A stretch of DNA of 34,501 nucleotides from Longimicrobiales bacterium (GTDB lineage Bacteria > Gemmatimonadota > Gemmatimonadetes > Longimicrobiales > Gaopeijiaceae): positions 1 to 34,501 of the forward strand of contig CBDANQ010000012.1 in assembly GCA_965197725.1 (NCBI GenBank), in the 5' to 3' direction. The translations under genes and the position numbers were made by a program. The notes beneath the pieces are model-generated. The model had not been told where the DNA came from. It saw only the letters and a program-made list of their open reading frames with translations, and did no database searches. The stretch's first letter is position 1. Every line of letters begins with the position of its first letter. This document shows, in pieces, positions 1 through 7,899 of the stretch.

Positions 1-619
1 CTGCCCTGCCGTACGCTGTCCCGTAGGCAGGCTCCAGCGTTTCGAAGGCGAAGCGTCTTCGTAGGGCGTAGTCGACCAGGGCCAGCGATCGGTCGGCCGT
101 GTTCATCATGCCGAGGATGACGACGTTTCCCGGGACATGGAATCGCCTTTCGGAATAGGTCAGCGCGACGGCGTAGTCCTCGCTGCGCTTGTCGTGCTCG
201 ATCAGCATGAGGAGCTCGCCGAAGATCCGTGAGAGGTTGCCGCGGTTGATCTCGTCGATGATGAAGACATGGGGCGTGCCGGGGTTGGCCCGCGCGCGTT
301 CGCAGAGGCGGTGGAAGACGCCGTCCTTGAGGTTGAATCCGCCGTCGTCCGTGGGCCTGTAGCCCTGGACGAAGTCCTCGTAGGCGTACGACTGATGGAA
401 CTGCACCATCTCGATGGGCTCCGAGTCCTTGCGGCCGATGAGGCACCAGGCGATTCGGCGGGCGATGAAAGTCTTGCCGGTGCCTGGTGGACCTTGGAGG
501 ATGAGATTCTTGCGGGATTTGATGGAGGTAAGGAGGCGGTTGAAGTGGTCGCGGGGGATGAAGAGGCCTTGGTGGGCTTGCGTGGGGGTGTAGGCTGGAA
601 CAACCGGGGTCGTAATCAA
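1..619 (-). CDS. McrB-family AAA+ GTPase (motor of a type IV restriction-like system); runs off the window's left edge; N-terminal DNA-binding domain apparently absent
   Basis: Not in the ORF track. Manual translation: ...KNLILQGPPGTGKTFIARRIA...MVQFHQSYAYEDFVQGYRP...FIIDEINRGNLSRIFGELLMLIE...GMMNTADRSLALVDYALRRRFAF, containing Walker A, Walker B and the McrB NTAD signature. Start is uncertain (TTG at 619 chosen; the frame is open only to 775). Confidence 0.9.
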   Translation of the reverse strand, partial: MITTPVVPAYTPTQAHQGLFIPRDHFNRLLTSIKSRKNLILQGPPGTGKTFIARRIAWCLIGRKDSEPIEMVQFHQSYAYEDFVQGYRPTDDGGFNLKDGVFHRLCERARANPGTPHVFIIDEINRGNLSRIFGELLMLIEHDKRSEDYAVALTYSERRFHVPGNVVILGMMNTADRSLALVDYALRRRFAFETLEPAYGTAYGRA

Positions 620-719
620 AACCCCATAGAAGACGGGCGCTAACGCGCCCTGAGAAAAGGCAAAAACCTTTCCTTTTAGGGGAAAACCGGCGCGTCGGAT
701 CAAGAGGTACAGGATGTGC

Positions 720-1040
720 CTAGCTAGTGAGAACCCTATAGAGCAGGCCGAAGACAGGAACGGCCAGTAGAACAATCAACGGCCAGATCACGCGCCAAAC
801 TACCTGTCGCAGGTCATCAATACGGGCTCCTTGCGCTTTGATTTCGGCCTTAACTTCAGTGATCTGGGCCTCAAGACGGGCGGTTTGGGAGTCGATCTTG
901 GCTCCGAGAACAGCGATAACGTTCTGGCTGGCTATTTGGCGGACTTCCTCGATGGCGGCATGGACTACCTTCGGGTCCGGGTCGGGGCTGCTCAGAGCTT
1001 GAAAGAGTGCTCCGGTAACGGGTTCAGTCGGGGTTGCCAT
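720..1040 (-). CDS. Small coiled-coil protein with C-terminal transmembrane helix (DUF1640/CCDC90-like architecture)
   Basis: AGGAG 7 nt before ATG 1040; heptad segment KIDSQTARLEAQITEVKAEIKAQGARIDDLR followed by hydrophobic VIWPLIVLLAVPVFGLLY. Confidence 0.65.
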   Translation of the reverse strand: MATPTEPVTGALFQALSSPDPDPKVVHAAIEEVRQIASQNVIAVLGAKIDSQTARLEAQITEVKAEIKAQGARIDDLRQVVWRVIWPLIVLLAVPVFGLLYRVLTS

Positions 1041-1170
1041 CAGCATTCTCCTGGCTAGGCAGATCGAACAGTTCTCGATCCCGATCCCGTTCTAAGAATA
1101 CATCGAGACCTTTCATGAGGCTATCTCGCTTGCCGGGATCGTCGCCGGTGACGTGCTCGAGGTAGGAGCC

Positions 1171-1206
1171 CATGAGCACTATTCACGTTTCTCTCCGAGA
1201 AATGTG
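1171..1206. other. Putative MOBQ origin of transfer (oriT-like inverted repeat)
   Basis: GCACTATT-CACGTTTCTC-TCC-GAGAAATGTG: 10-bp inverted repeat (1 mismatch) 33 bp upstream of the relaxase. It resembles RSF1010 oriT (GCACTTACCGGTTTCTCTTCGAGAAACTGG, as recalled) in the same orientation relative to mobA. Confidence 0.5.
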
Positions 1207-1239
1207 TCGTACGAGGATTGGCGACGAGGGGCGATAGCG

Positions 1240-2109
1240 GTGGCGGTTTTTCATCTAACAGTGAGCGTCGGTTCCCGCGCCGGTGGGCAGTCGGCGGCGG
1301 CCAAGGCCGATTACATCGAGCGCGAGGGGCGCTACGAGCAGGACCGGGAGGAACTGGAACACAAAGAGCACGACCATATGCCGGAGTGGGCTGAGGAGAA
1401 CCCACGCTCGTATTGGGAGGCGGCGGACGAGTACGAGCGGGCCAACGGGCGGCTGTACCGGGAAGTCCAGTTCGCGCTTCCCAAGGAACTGAGCGAGGGG
1501 CAGCGGCGGGCACTGGCCTCCGGGTTTGCGAAGCGGCTGACCGAAGGGGAGCGGCTGCCCTACACACTGGCGGTCCATCGCGGAGACGGGGAGAACCCCC
1601 ATGCGCACCTGATGTTCTCGGAGCGGGTCAATGATGGCATCGAGCGTAGCCGGGAGCAGTGGTTCCGGCGCTACAACCGGAGCGAGCCGGAGAAGGGGGG
1701 CGCACGCAAATCGAGGGCGGGGTCGGCGGGGGATTGGATGGACAAGACCCGCAAGGCGTGGGAGCAGACGGCGAATGAGGCGCTTCGACGCGCGGGCCTG
1801 GCCGAGCGACGGGATGAGGCGGAGCGATCCGGCAACCTGGAGCTTGCGGCGAAGTTGAGCCGGGAGCCGAATGTTCACCTTGGGCCGATGGCGTATCGGG
1901 CCGGGGACCTGGAGCGGGCGGGCCAGGGGGAAGCTGCCGCCGGGGAAAAGGCGCAGATCAGCGGGGTATTGGAGAGGTCCGAGCGGGTGGAGAAGGACAA
2001 TCAGGCGCTGGTTGAGGAGCGGGACGGTCTCGCCAATCGGATCAAGGAGAGGATCGCGGGGATCTTTCAGGAGCTGCTGGCGTTCCGGCTTGCGGGCGGC
2101 GCAGACTGA
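1240..2109 (+). CDS. mobA: MobA/MobL-family (MOBQ) conjugative relaxase, no primase domain
   Basis: GTG start; VAVFHLTVSVGSRAGGQSAAAKADYIEREGRY (catalytic Tyr), YWEAADEYERANGRLYREVQFALP and LAVHRGDGENPHAHLMFSER (3H motif) follow RSF1010 MobA. Confidence 0.92.
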   Translation: MAVFHLTVSVGSRAGGQSAAAKADYIEREGRYEQDREELEHKEHDHMPEWAEENPRSYWEAADEYERANGRLYREVQFALPKELSEGQRRALASGFAKRLTEGERLPYTLAVHRGDGENPHAHLMFSERVNDGIERSREQWFRRYNRSEPEKGGARKSRAGSAGDWMDKTRKAWEQTANEALRRAGLAERRDEAERSGNLELAAKLSREPNVHLGPMAYRAGDLERAGQGEAAAGEKAQISGVLERSERVEKDNQALVEERDGLANRIKERIAGIFQELLAFRLAGGAD

Positions 2110-2166
2110 TCCGGTAAGGTCCTGATCTGGGAAATTTAAAGGAACTCAAATTCAGAAGAGAACCCA

Positions 2167-2802
2167 ATGAAAGGAATAAAACCGGCGTTATTCATGTGTC
2201 TCATCGCCGCGATCGGGGCGACCGGATGCCAAAACTCAGCCGAGAGAGAGACTGAGAGTCTCTTGGATGGGAACCCGGACAACGGTCGTCTCGGTGAAGA
2301 GGTCATGCGCCACGTCGTCGATGAGTGCGATTTCTATTTACAGCATCAGGGCAACAGGATCGACTTTGATCCTCTAGAAGCGGGAGAAATGCGGCTTCAA
2401 ATTCACCTTAGCAGGGCTGTAGAACGGAACGCTTTGCGGGACCGCATCCGCGAGGTGGTCAGATTCCAGCCATCGTTCTACAAGCGGTCATTGATGTACA
2501 ACGCCTATTACCGGCTTTGCATTCAGCAGATCGGCGCGGCTGAAGCTGAGCGCACTGTCTTGCAGGTAATGTCAACGCCAAACGTGCCGAACAGCATTGC
2601 TGAGGCTGATGCGGTGATTCAATCGCTGTACGATCCGCAAGGGTATGAGCCGCGCCACCATGCAGAACGTGCGAGGCGGGACCGTGCCAAAATCGAAGTG
2701 CTGGAGTTTATAGAAGCGGATGAGGCGGACCCGATTGTTCGGCGCAAACTCGAAAGCGTGATCCAGGAGCTTGTCTACGACATAGAGTTATGGGAGTTCT
2801 AG
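2167..2802 (+). CDS. Hypothetical lipoprotein (island cargo)
   Basis: 211-aa ORF; signal MKGIKPALFMCLIAAIGATG-C with a lipobox-like Cys; purine-rich upstream sequence; AT-richer than the backbone. Confidence 0.65.
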   Translation: MKGIKPALFMCLIAAIGATGCQNSAERETESLLDGNPDNGRLGEEVMRHVVDECDFYLQHQGNRIDFDPLEAGEMRLQIHLSRAVERNALRDRIREVVRFQPSFYKRSLMYNAYYRLCIQQIGAAEAERTVLQVMSTPNVPNSIAEADAVIQSLYDPQGYEPRHHAERARRDRAKIEVLEFIEADEADPIVRRKLESVIQELVYDIELWEF

Positions 2803-2857
2803 ATTTCAGCCCGGCACCGGCGGCGTTGGGGCGTAACCATCTCTGCGGGGACATCAA

Positions 2858-3214
2858 ATGGCTCGGCTTTCCGTTGTGGCAACTTTTGTGTGCCTTTTTG
2901 CACTCGAGAATTGCGGCGGTGAAGAGTGGAACTGTTCAAGCGGAGAGTGCCGCTTCGACTACGATGCGACCGGCTGCGTGACGAGAGAGGCATATGAGGA
3001 GCTTGTCGATGAATTCGCCTATTTGAACAGAACTGGAGATACGTCGAGGATTGGGGTTTTGTATTTGGAAGGCCTGTGCAAGAGATTCCCTAAAGGCACT
3101 ATTGTCTATGTTGTAGAAAGTGGAATATTCACGGTGAAGGTGCGCTTCATGGATCTTCCCGACGAGCCCGACAGGTGGATGAGCGCGGAGGCGTTGAGAA
3201 GCGTACCGCGATGA
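2858..3214 (+). CDS. Hypothetical secreted or lipoprotein, Cys-rich
   Basis: 118-aa ORF with hydrophobic N-terminus MARLSVVATFVCLFALENC, several Cys and a beta-rich C-terminal segment (FPKGTIVYVVESGIFTVKVRF). Confidence 0.55.
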   Translation: MARLSVVATFVCLFALENCGGEEWNCSSGECRFDYDATGCVTREAYEELVDEFAYLNRTGDTSRIGVLYLEGLCKRFPKGTIVYVVESGIFTVKVRFMDLPDEPDRWMSAEALRSVPR

Positions 3215-3229
3215 CGCTTCCCCTAAGCC

Positions 3230-3447
3230 TTGCGTTGGCAGAGATACGGACTCAAACCCGTTGGTGGGGTCACCCAGGATCCCACCCGGCGGCGGCGAGC
3301 TCGTCAAGGGTTCGAAATCTCTGCAGGCCCAGCATCACTTCACCCAGCGGACCAAGCAGTCGCGCTCGTCGGCGCTTCCGACAGGCCAAGCTGGAGGGAC
3401 TGCTGGAAGGATTGCGGGAATCCGTTACCGGGCGGGCCGCCAGCTGA
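3230..3447 (+). pseudogene. Composite remnant: frameshifted N-terminus of a plasmid RepA-like gene joined to the tail of a small coiled-coil protein gene
   Basis: Across frames it reads LKPVG.../PGGGELVKGSKSLQAQHHFT/ADQAVALVGASD, resembling N-termini of RepA_C-type replication proteins as I recall them, then AKLEGLLEGLRESVTGRAAS-stop. From memory; unverified. Confidence 0.35.
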
Positions 3448-3517
3448 ATCTGCTCTGACGTGGCCGCCGCGCCGCCCTGGAAAGATGAACGAGGATATTT
3501 GCAATAAGGAGCTCATG

Positions 3518-4360
3518 ATGCCTCCTGATACTTCTATTTCTCTCGTAAACTTGGGCGAACTGTCAAAGCCTGCTAATACCCTGATAGAGAAGATATCGGC
3601 GGCAGTAGGAGGTTTTTTGGCACCCTGGCAGATCAAGCGAGTCGCCAAGGCTGAAGCTAAGGCTGAGTTGATGAAGAAGACTTCTGAAATTGAGATAACC
3701 GACCTGCATCGGCGAGCCGTGCATCGGTGGGTTGAGGAAGAAGCGCAACGCCAGAAGAACATAGAGGACATTACTGCTAAAGCGTTGCCGAGGTTGAATG
3801 CAGAGGCAAATCCTGATTCTATGGAAAACGATTGGCTTGTCAATTTCTTCGACAAATCTCGGATCGTATCCAACAATGAGATGCAGGAGCTGTGGTCCCG
3901 TGTTCTAGCCGGCGAGGCGAACCTTCCTGGGACGTACTCCAAGAGGACCGTCAATTTCCTTTCGGATCTCGATAAGTCCGAAGCTGATCTGTTCACCAAG
4001 CTCTGCGGATTTGGCTGGAAGATTGGGAATATTATACCGCTTGTGTTCGATGCTCATGCCGAAATATACAACAGATCTAGAATCAACTTTAGTTCACTCG
4101 GTCACCTAGAAAGTATCGGCCTCATTCAGTTCAACAGCCTTGCTGGCTACTTGCAAAAGAAGTTGGCCAAGAAACTCGGTGTTCTTTACTACGGCAGGGC
4201 TCTTCTATTGGAGATGCCCAAAGACGCCGACAACGAGCTCGACATTGGAACTGTTCTGCTTACACGCATCGGGCAGGAACTTGCGCCGATATGCGGAGGC
4301 AGGCCCGTGGAGGGATTCTGGGAGTATGTGAAGGACCAGTGGAAGCAGTACTTGCCGTAG
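3518..4360 (+). CDS. DUF2806 domain protein
   Basis: AAGGAG at 3506-3511 before ATG ATG (3515/3518); motifs LIEKISAAVG, QKNIEDITAKA, DWLVNFFDKSRIVSNNEMQELWSRVLAGEANLPGTYSKRTVNFLSDL; AT-richer than the backbone. Confidence 0.8.
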   Translation: MPPDTSISLVNLGELSKPANTLIEKISAAVGGFLAPWQIKRVAKAEAKAELMKKTSEIEITDLHRRAVHRWVEEEAQRQKNIEDITAKALPRLNAEANPDSMENDWLVNFFDKSRIVSNNEMQELWSRVLAGEANLPGTYSKRTVNFLSDLDKSEADLFTKLCGFGWKIGNIIPLVFDAHAEIYNRSRINFSSLGHLESIGLIQFNSLAGYLQKKLAKKLGVLYYGRALLLEMPKDADNELDIGTVLLTRIGQELAPICGGRPVEGFWEYVKDQWKQYLP

Positions 4361-4537
4361 TCAGCGCCGGACGACAGCTAGCCCGCCACTCGCGACGGTC
4401 AGACTCACGTGTGGCCCAACCGCATGCCGAGGAGCTTTGCATCGTTGCCGAGATGCACGATCCGACCAGCATTAGAAGACGCATGGCACTGCCACATGGC
4501 TAGCGGCTAGGCAGCCTTCCCGCAGGGATTTCTGGAC

Positions 4538-4772
4538 GGGAGCGACCCCCCAGGGGGGTGGGGGCCGGCGTGTGAAAGCACGCCTGGCCCCGCGCCCGTA
4601 GCAGGCCCTCGGCCTGGGGGGTCGCTCCCTTCTTCGGCCGAAAGCTCCGGAGCGGCGTCGCAGCTCCGGCGGCCGTGCCGCAACTGTAAGACAGGCAGCC
4701 ACATACGGGAGCGCTGGCGCGCACATGGAAATGGCGTTTCGGTGCACATGCACCCCGTTGTCTGATGTGCAC
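4538..4772 (+). other. Highly structured non-coding element (nested stems and short repeats): candidate ncRNA or single-strand/replication origin
   Basis: Perfect 17-bp inverted repeat 4538-4554/4613-4629 enclosing a GAAA-capped hairpin (4561-4591); second nested domain 4635-4675; GTGCACAT/ATGTGCAC inverted repeat 4742-4749/4765-4772. Confidence 0.6.
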
Positions 4773-4806
4773 TCGCCGATCAGCACCGACGCTCGCCGAT
4801 CCGCGT

Positions 4807-5510
4807 TCAAAATCCGCCTCCAGGGAGCCGTCTCGAGCGCCATGTCGCGAAGCCGTGGATCATCGTTCCTGGACTCGAGGATCGGTGGAGGTCCTTCAGC
4901 TCGACGATCCGCTTGAGGCAGGCCTGCAGGTCGCCATACTCTTTGAGCACCCGCTCATCCTTGGCGCGGATGGCCTGCTCGATTCGGACGATCTCGCGAC
5001 GAGCCGCACTGTCGGGTTCCGGAGCGGCGGAGGGGCCGGATGCTGTAGATGTCTTGGTCCAGCTCTCGAGTATCGTCAGGGCCCGCTGCAGCTCCCTCAC
5101 GGTGCGGACGACGGCCACGACCTCGATGGATCGGCCGCGCTCCCGCAGCGCTTCCCAAAGGCCGCGATGTACCAGGGCCCAGGAGTGGAGCGCCGTCGTG
5201 GTATCGTGTCCGGGATCGACGTAGACGAACACGGCGCGCTCGGCTTCGAGCGCGACCGGCAGCTTGACTGGGAAGTAACGCCGCGTGCTCCCGGCGGCTC
5301 CCCGGTAGAGCCGCGAGGGCAGGAGCCGGCGCTCGACACCGAGCTCCTCGAATGCGCCGACCTTCTCCGGCTCGGTGGGCAGCCACGGCAAGCCGGTGTG
5401 CTCGATCACGTAGTCGAGCGAGAGCAGGCGCCGCAGGAGCACTTCATCGGAAGCGATCCGGCGGTGGCGGATGTCCTCGGCGCCGAGCACGCGGTAGATC
5501 CCCGTGCATA
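4807..5510 (-). pseudogene. 5'-truncated mobile-element protein (possible replication/relaxation factor)
   Basis: Protein-like GIYRVLGAEDIRHRRIASDEVLLRRLLSLDYVIEHTGLPWLPTEPEKV...RRYFPVKLPVALEAERAVFVYVDPG. Upstream of ~5510 the minus frame is only the antisense of the TrkA fragment, so the real start is lost. Confidence 0.6.
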
Positions 5511-6069
5511 TGGTGGAACGCGACCCGGAACTGGAGCCGAAGATCGCGAGCATTCCCGACCGGTTTTTTTGGGCGACGACGCCGACCGGCGCGTACTTGA
5601 CGCGGCGGGGATCGCCGAGACACCGTGCATCCTGCTCACGACGCACGACGATGCGATGAACGTCTACTTGACGGTGTACTGCCGGCGGCTCAATCCCAAC
5701 GCGCGTATCCTCACCCGGGTCACGCACGAGCGGAACGTCGAGGCCATCCAGCGCGCCGGCGCCGACTTCGTCTTGAGCTACTCGTCCTTAGGGGTGCAGA
5801 CGGTGTACTCGATCGTGCAGGGACGGGAGCTCATCGTGCTGGGCGAGGGCGTTGAGCTCTTCTACGTGCCGCTCCCGCAGTCGCTCGCCGACAAGACGCT
5901 CGCCGACGCGGGGATCGGCGCGCGCACCGGCCTGAACGTGATCGGCGTCCAGAAGGACGGGCAGTTGGTCACGAATCTGCCGCCCGACCAGCGGCTAGTT
6001 GAGGGCTCGACGCTTGTCGCCCTGGGCAGCGCGGAGCAGCGGGAGCAATTCAGCGCCCTCTACCACTAG
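5501..6069 (+). pseudogene. C-terminal fragment of a TrkA/RCK (TrkA_N + TrkA_C) potassium-channel regulatory protein
   Basis: PVHMVERDPELEPKIASIPDRFF / (shift at T7, 5564-5570) GDDADRRVLDAAGIAETPCILLTTHDDAMNVYLTVYCRRLNPNARILTRV...[23 protein letters not shown]; the N-terminal portion is missing. Confidence 0.8.
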
Positions 6070-6089
6070 CCGCAGGGCGAGGGCGGCAG

Positions 6090-6284
6090 TCAGGGGAGGA
6101 GGCCGGTCGGGAATGTCGGGAACTCCTCATTGTAGCGTGCGACCGCGTCCGTGGTCCCACAAATGTAGAGCGCGTCGTCGGGTGAGAGCCGGAGCGAAGC
6201 CGGGAAGTCCATGGCGACCTGGCCGTCCCGCTCCACCGCCACAACCGTGCAGCCTGTGCGCTCCCGAATCCGCTCCGCCACCGG
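6090..6284 (-). pseudogene. C-terminal TrkA_C (RCK_C) fragment of a second, convergent TrkA-type gene
   Basis: [51 protein letters not shown] is a typical RCK_C ending; joined directly to the clpV fragment. Confidence 0.7.
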
Positions 6285-7141
6285 CACCGGCTCCGGCCTG
6301 CAGGAGTCCCAGGTCCAGAGCCCTGACCGACGCGTTCTTCAACGGCTCGGGGACGTCTCCGGCCGCAATGCGCATGGCGAACCCTTCGACGATGGCGGTT
6401 TTCCCGACGCCAGGCTCACCCGTGAGGATGGGATTGTTTTGCCGTCGCCGCATAAGGATGTCCACGATCTGCCGGATTTCCGCGTCGCGCCCTCGGATCG
6501 GGTCGATCCCGCCGGCCCCGGCCAACCCGGTCAAGTCGACCGTGAAGCGCTCGAGGGCGCTGTCGGGGTCCACGGAACCGGATACCACCGGCCTCTGTGC
6601 CGCGGAATCGGCGGGGGGGGGTGCTCGCCGGCGCGTCCACGGGGGGGGGAGAGGCGGTCGGACCGGACTCGGCGGAGTACCGCACAAGCTCGCTTGCACT
6701 CTCCTCCAGGGATTCGCGAGGGATTGTGAGGAGCGTAGGTGCGGACTCCTGGACGGTTCCGCGGATCGCAGGATCGGAAAGAGCCGCCAGCAGCAGCGCC
6801 GCGGAGCGTATCTGGTCCGACCGGAAGTACAGAGAGGAGACACTCCAAGCCAGCTCGAGGAGACGAGGAATATTGGGTGAAAAGGCCGGAGTTCGCGTGT
6901 TTCCCCGCTTGAAGCCGTCGATGCTCTTGGTGAGCTCCGCCTCCAGCTTCGACTCCTCCACCTCAAAGTGACGAAGCACCACGTGGAGGTCGGTCTCCTG
7001 CAGGTCCAGAAGAGCGCGGAAGAGGTGCTCGACGTCGACGTCGTAATTGGTGTGGCTGACGCACAGCTGCGCTGCGTGCTCGAACGCCTTTCGACAGACC
7101 GGGTTGAGCTTCGCGATGAGTACCTTTGGCTCGACCTTCAT
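6285..7141 (-). pseudogene. clpV: Type VI secretion ATPase ClpV/TssH, N-terminal part only (truncated within the first AAA domain)
   Basis: [39 protein letters not shown]...[14 protein letters not shown]; after a shift at G9 (6613-6621) [10 protein letters not shown]...[44 protein letters not shown]...[11 protein letters not shown], which are ClpV-type motifs; homology then stops. Confidence 0.88.
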
Positions 7142-7670
7142 GTAGCGGTCACCAGCCTCCGTCCAGAATGCTCAGGGACCTGACAAGCACGCAAAACACC
7201 CGGACACTGAATGCCCCCGGCAAACATCATAACCCGATTCGATCCGCTCCGGGGGACGGGGGCACCCGCGCCTCTCACCAAATGTTTCACCTTCTTTGCC
7301 AGGCGATGTCACGCCGAATATTCACCGCTGTTCCAATTGGGGCAAGCAAATGCCCGAGCATGTGGAGCGTCCCTGCAGCAGGAACATCCATATGTTTAGA
7401 GCTTGGTTTTTCGGGCTTGGGCTGACGACGGAACGCCGCACACGTCGCATCCCCCGCATGTCGACGCCTCGTCGCCGAAATAGCGGAGGAGTACGGCTCG
7501 CCTGCACCGTCGCGCGCATGCGTATGCCCGGACGGCTCCGAGCTGGTCCAGCGCGGCTTTCCGGAGCCGCCTGTGCTCGCCCCACCGGGGGCTTGGCAGA
7601 TCCGCAGGCGGCGGCCCCGCCAGAGTGCCGTGCGTCCCGTCTCACCCGGCGTCTCCCCCGAGCCCGCCCC

Positions 7671-7862
7671 ACGCGGCTCCAGACGATGGACCATGGACAT
7701 CCGGTAAGCCCGTACACGGTGATGCGGGAGCTCGGCCACTCGTCGCTCTCGCTCATCGAGAAGACCTACGGCCATCTCCTTGAGGTGAGGCACCGGAGTG
7801 CCGTCGTAGAGTATCGCGAGCCCAGGGTCGTGCCCTTCCCGCGCCAGGCGAGGGGAGCGTAG
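7671..7862 (+). pseudogene. C-terminal remnant of a tyrosine recombinase/integrase
   Basis: TRLQTMDHGHPVSPYTVMRELGHSSLSLIEKTYGHLL matches box II (LGH...Y nucleophile); the HxxR region and everything upstream are not recognisable. Confidence 0.75.
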
Positions 7863-7899
7863 GTTGCTGAACGCCCACGGGACTTCCCCGACACCCGTT

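Noticed and set aside
635..651. GGGCGC-TAAC-GCGCCCT as a MOBQ nic site
   Set aside because: Differs from TAAGTGCGCCCT, lacks the preceding 10-bp inverted repeat and is ~600 bp from mobA; probably a small GC hairpin.
1172..1237. 21-codon ORF MSTIHVSLREMC... with AGGAG, faintly like an RHH antitoxin start
   Set aside because: Too short to support, and it overlaps the better-supported oriT-like hairpin; kept only as an alternative.
4670..4712. Cobalamin-riboswitch-like words GCCGCAACTGTAA and GCCAC...CGGGAG
   Set aside because: The upstream GGGAA/GGTG-AA-TCC elements and the terminal AGACCTGCC are missing, and no B12 gene follows on that strand; treated as part of the structured element.
4765..6069. 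434-aa + strand ORF as one gene
   Set aside because: The first ~265 codons are antisense of the minus-strand gene or out of frame; only the TrkA part is real.
7340..7356. Sigma-54 promoter for clpV (GG-N10-GC on the - strand)
   Set aside because: The -24 element does not match TGGCAC; spacing alone is not enough.
7296..7670. N-terminal part of the 188-aa ORF as integrase
   Set aside because: Arg/Pro-rich non-protein-like translation with no integrase motifs; homology starts at ~7671.
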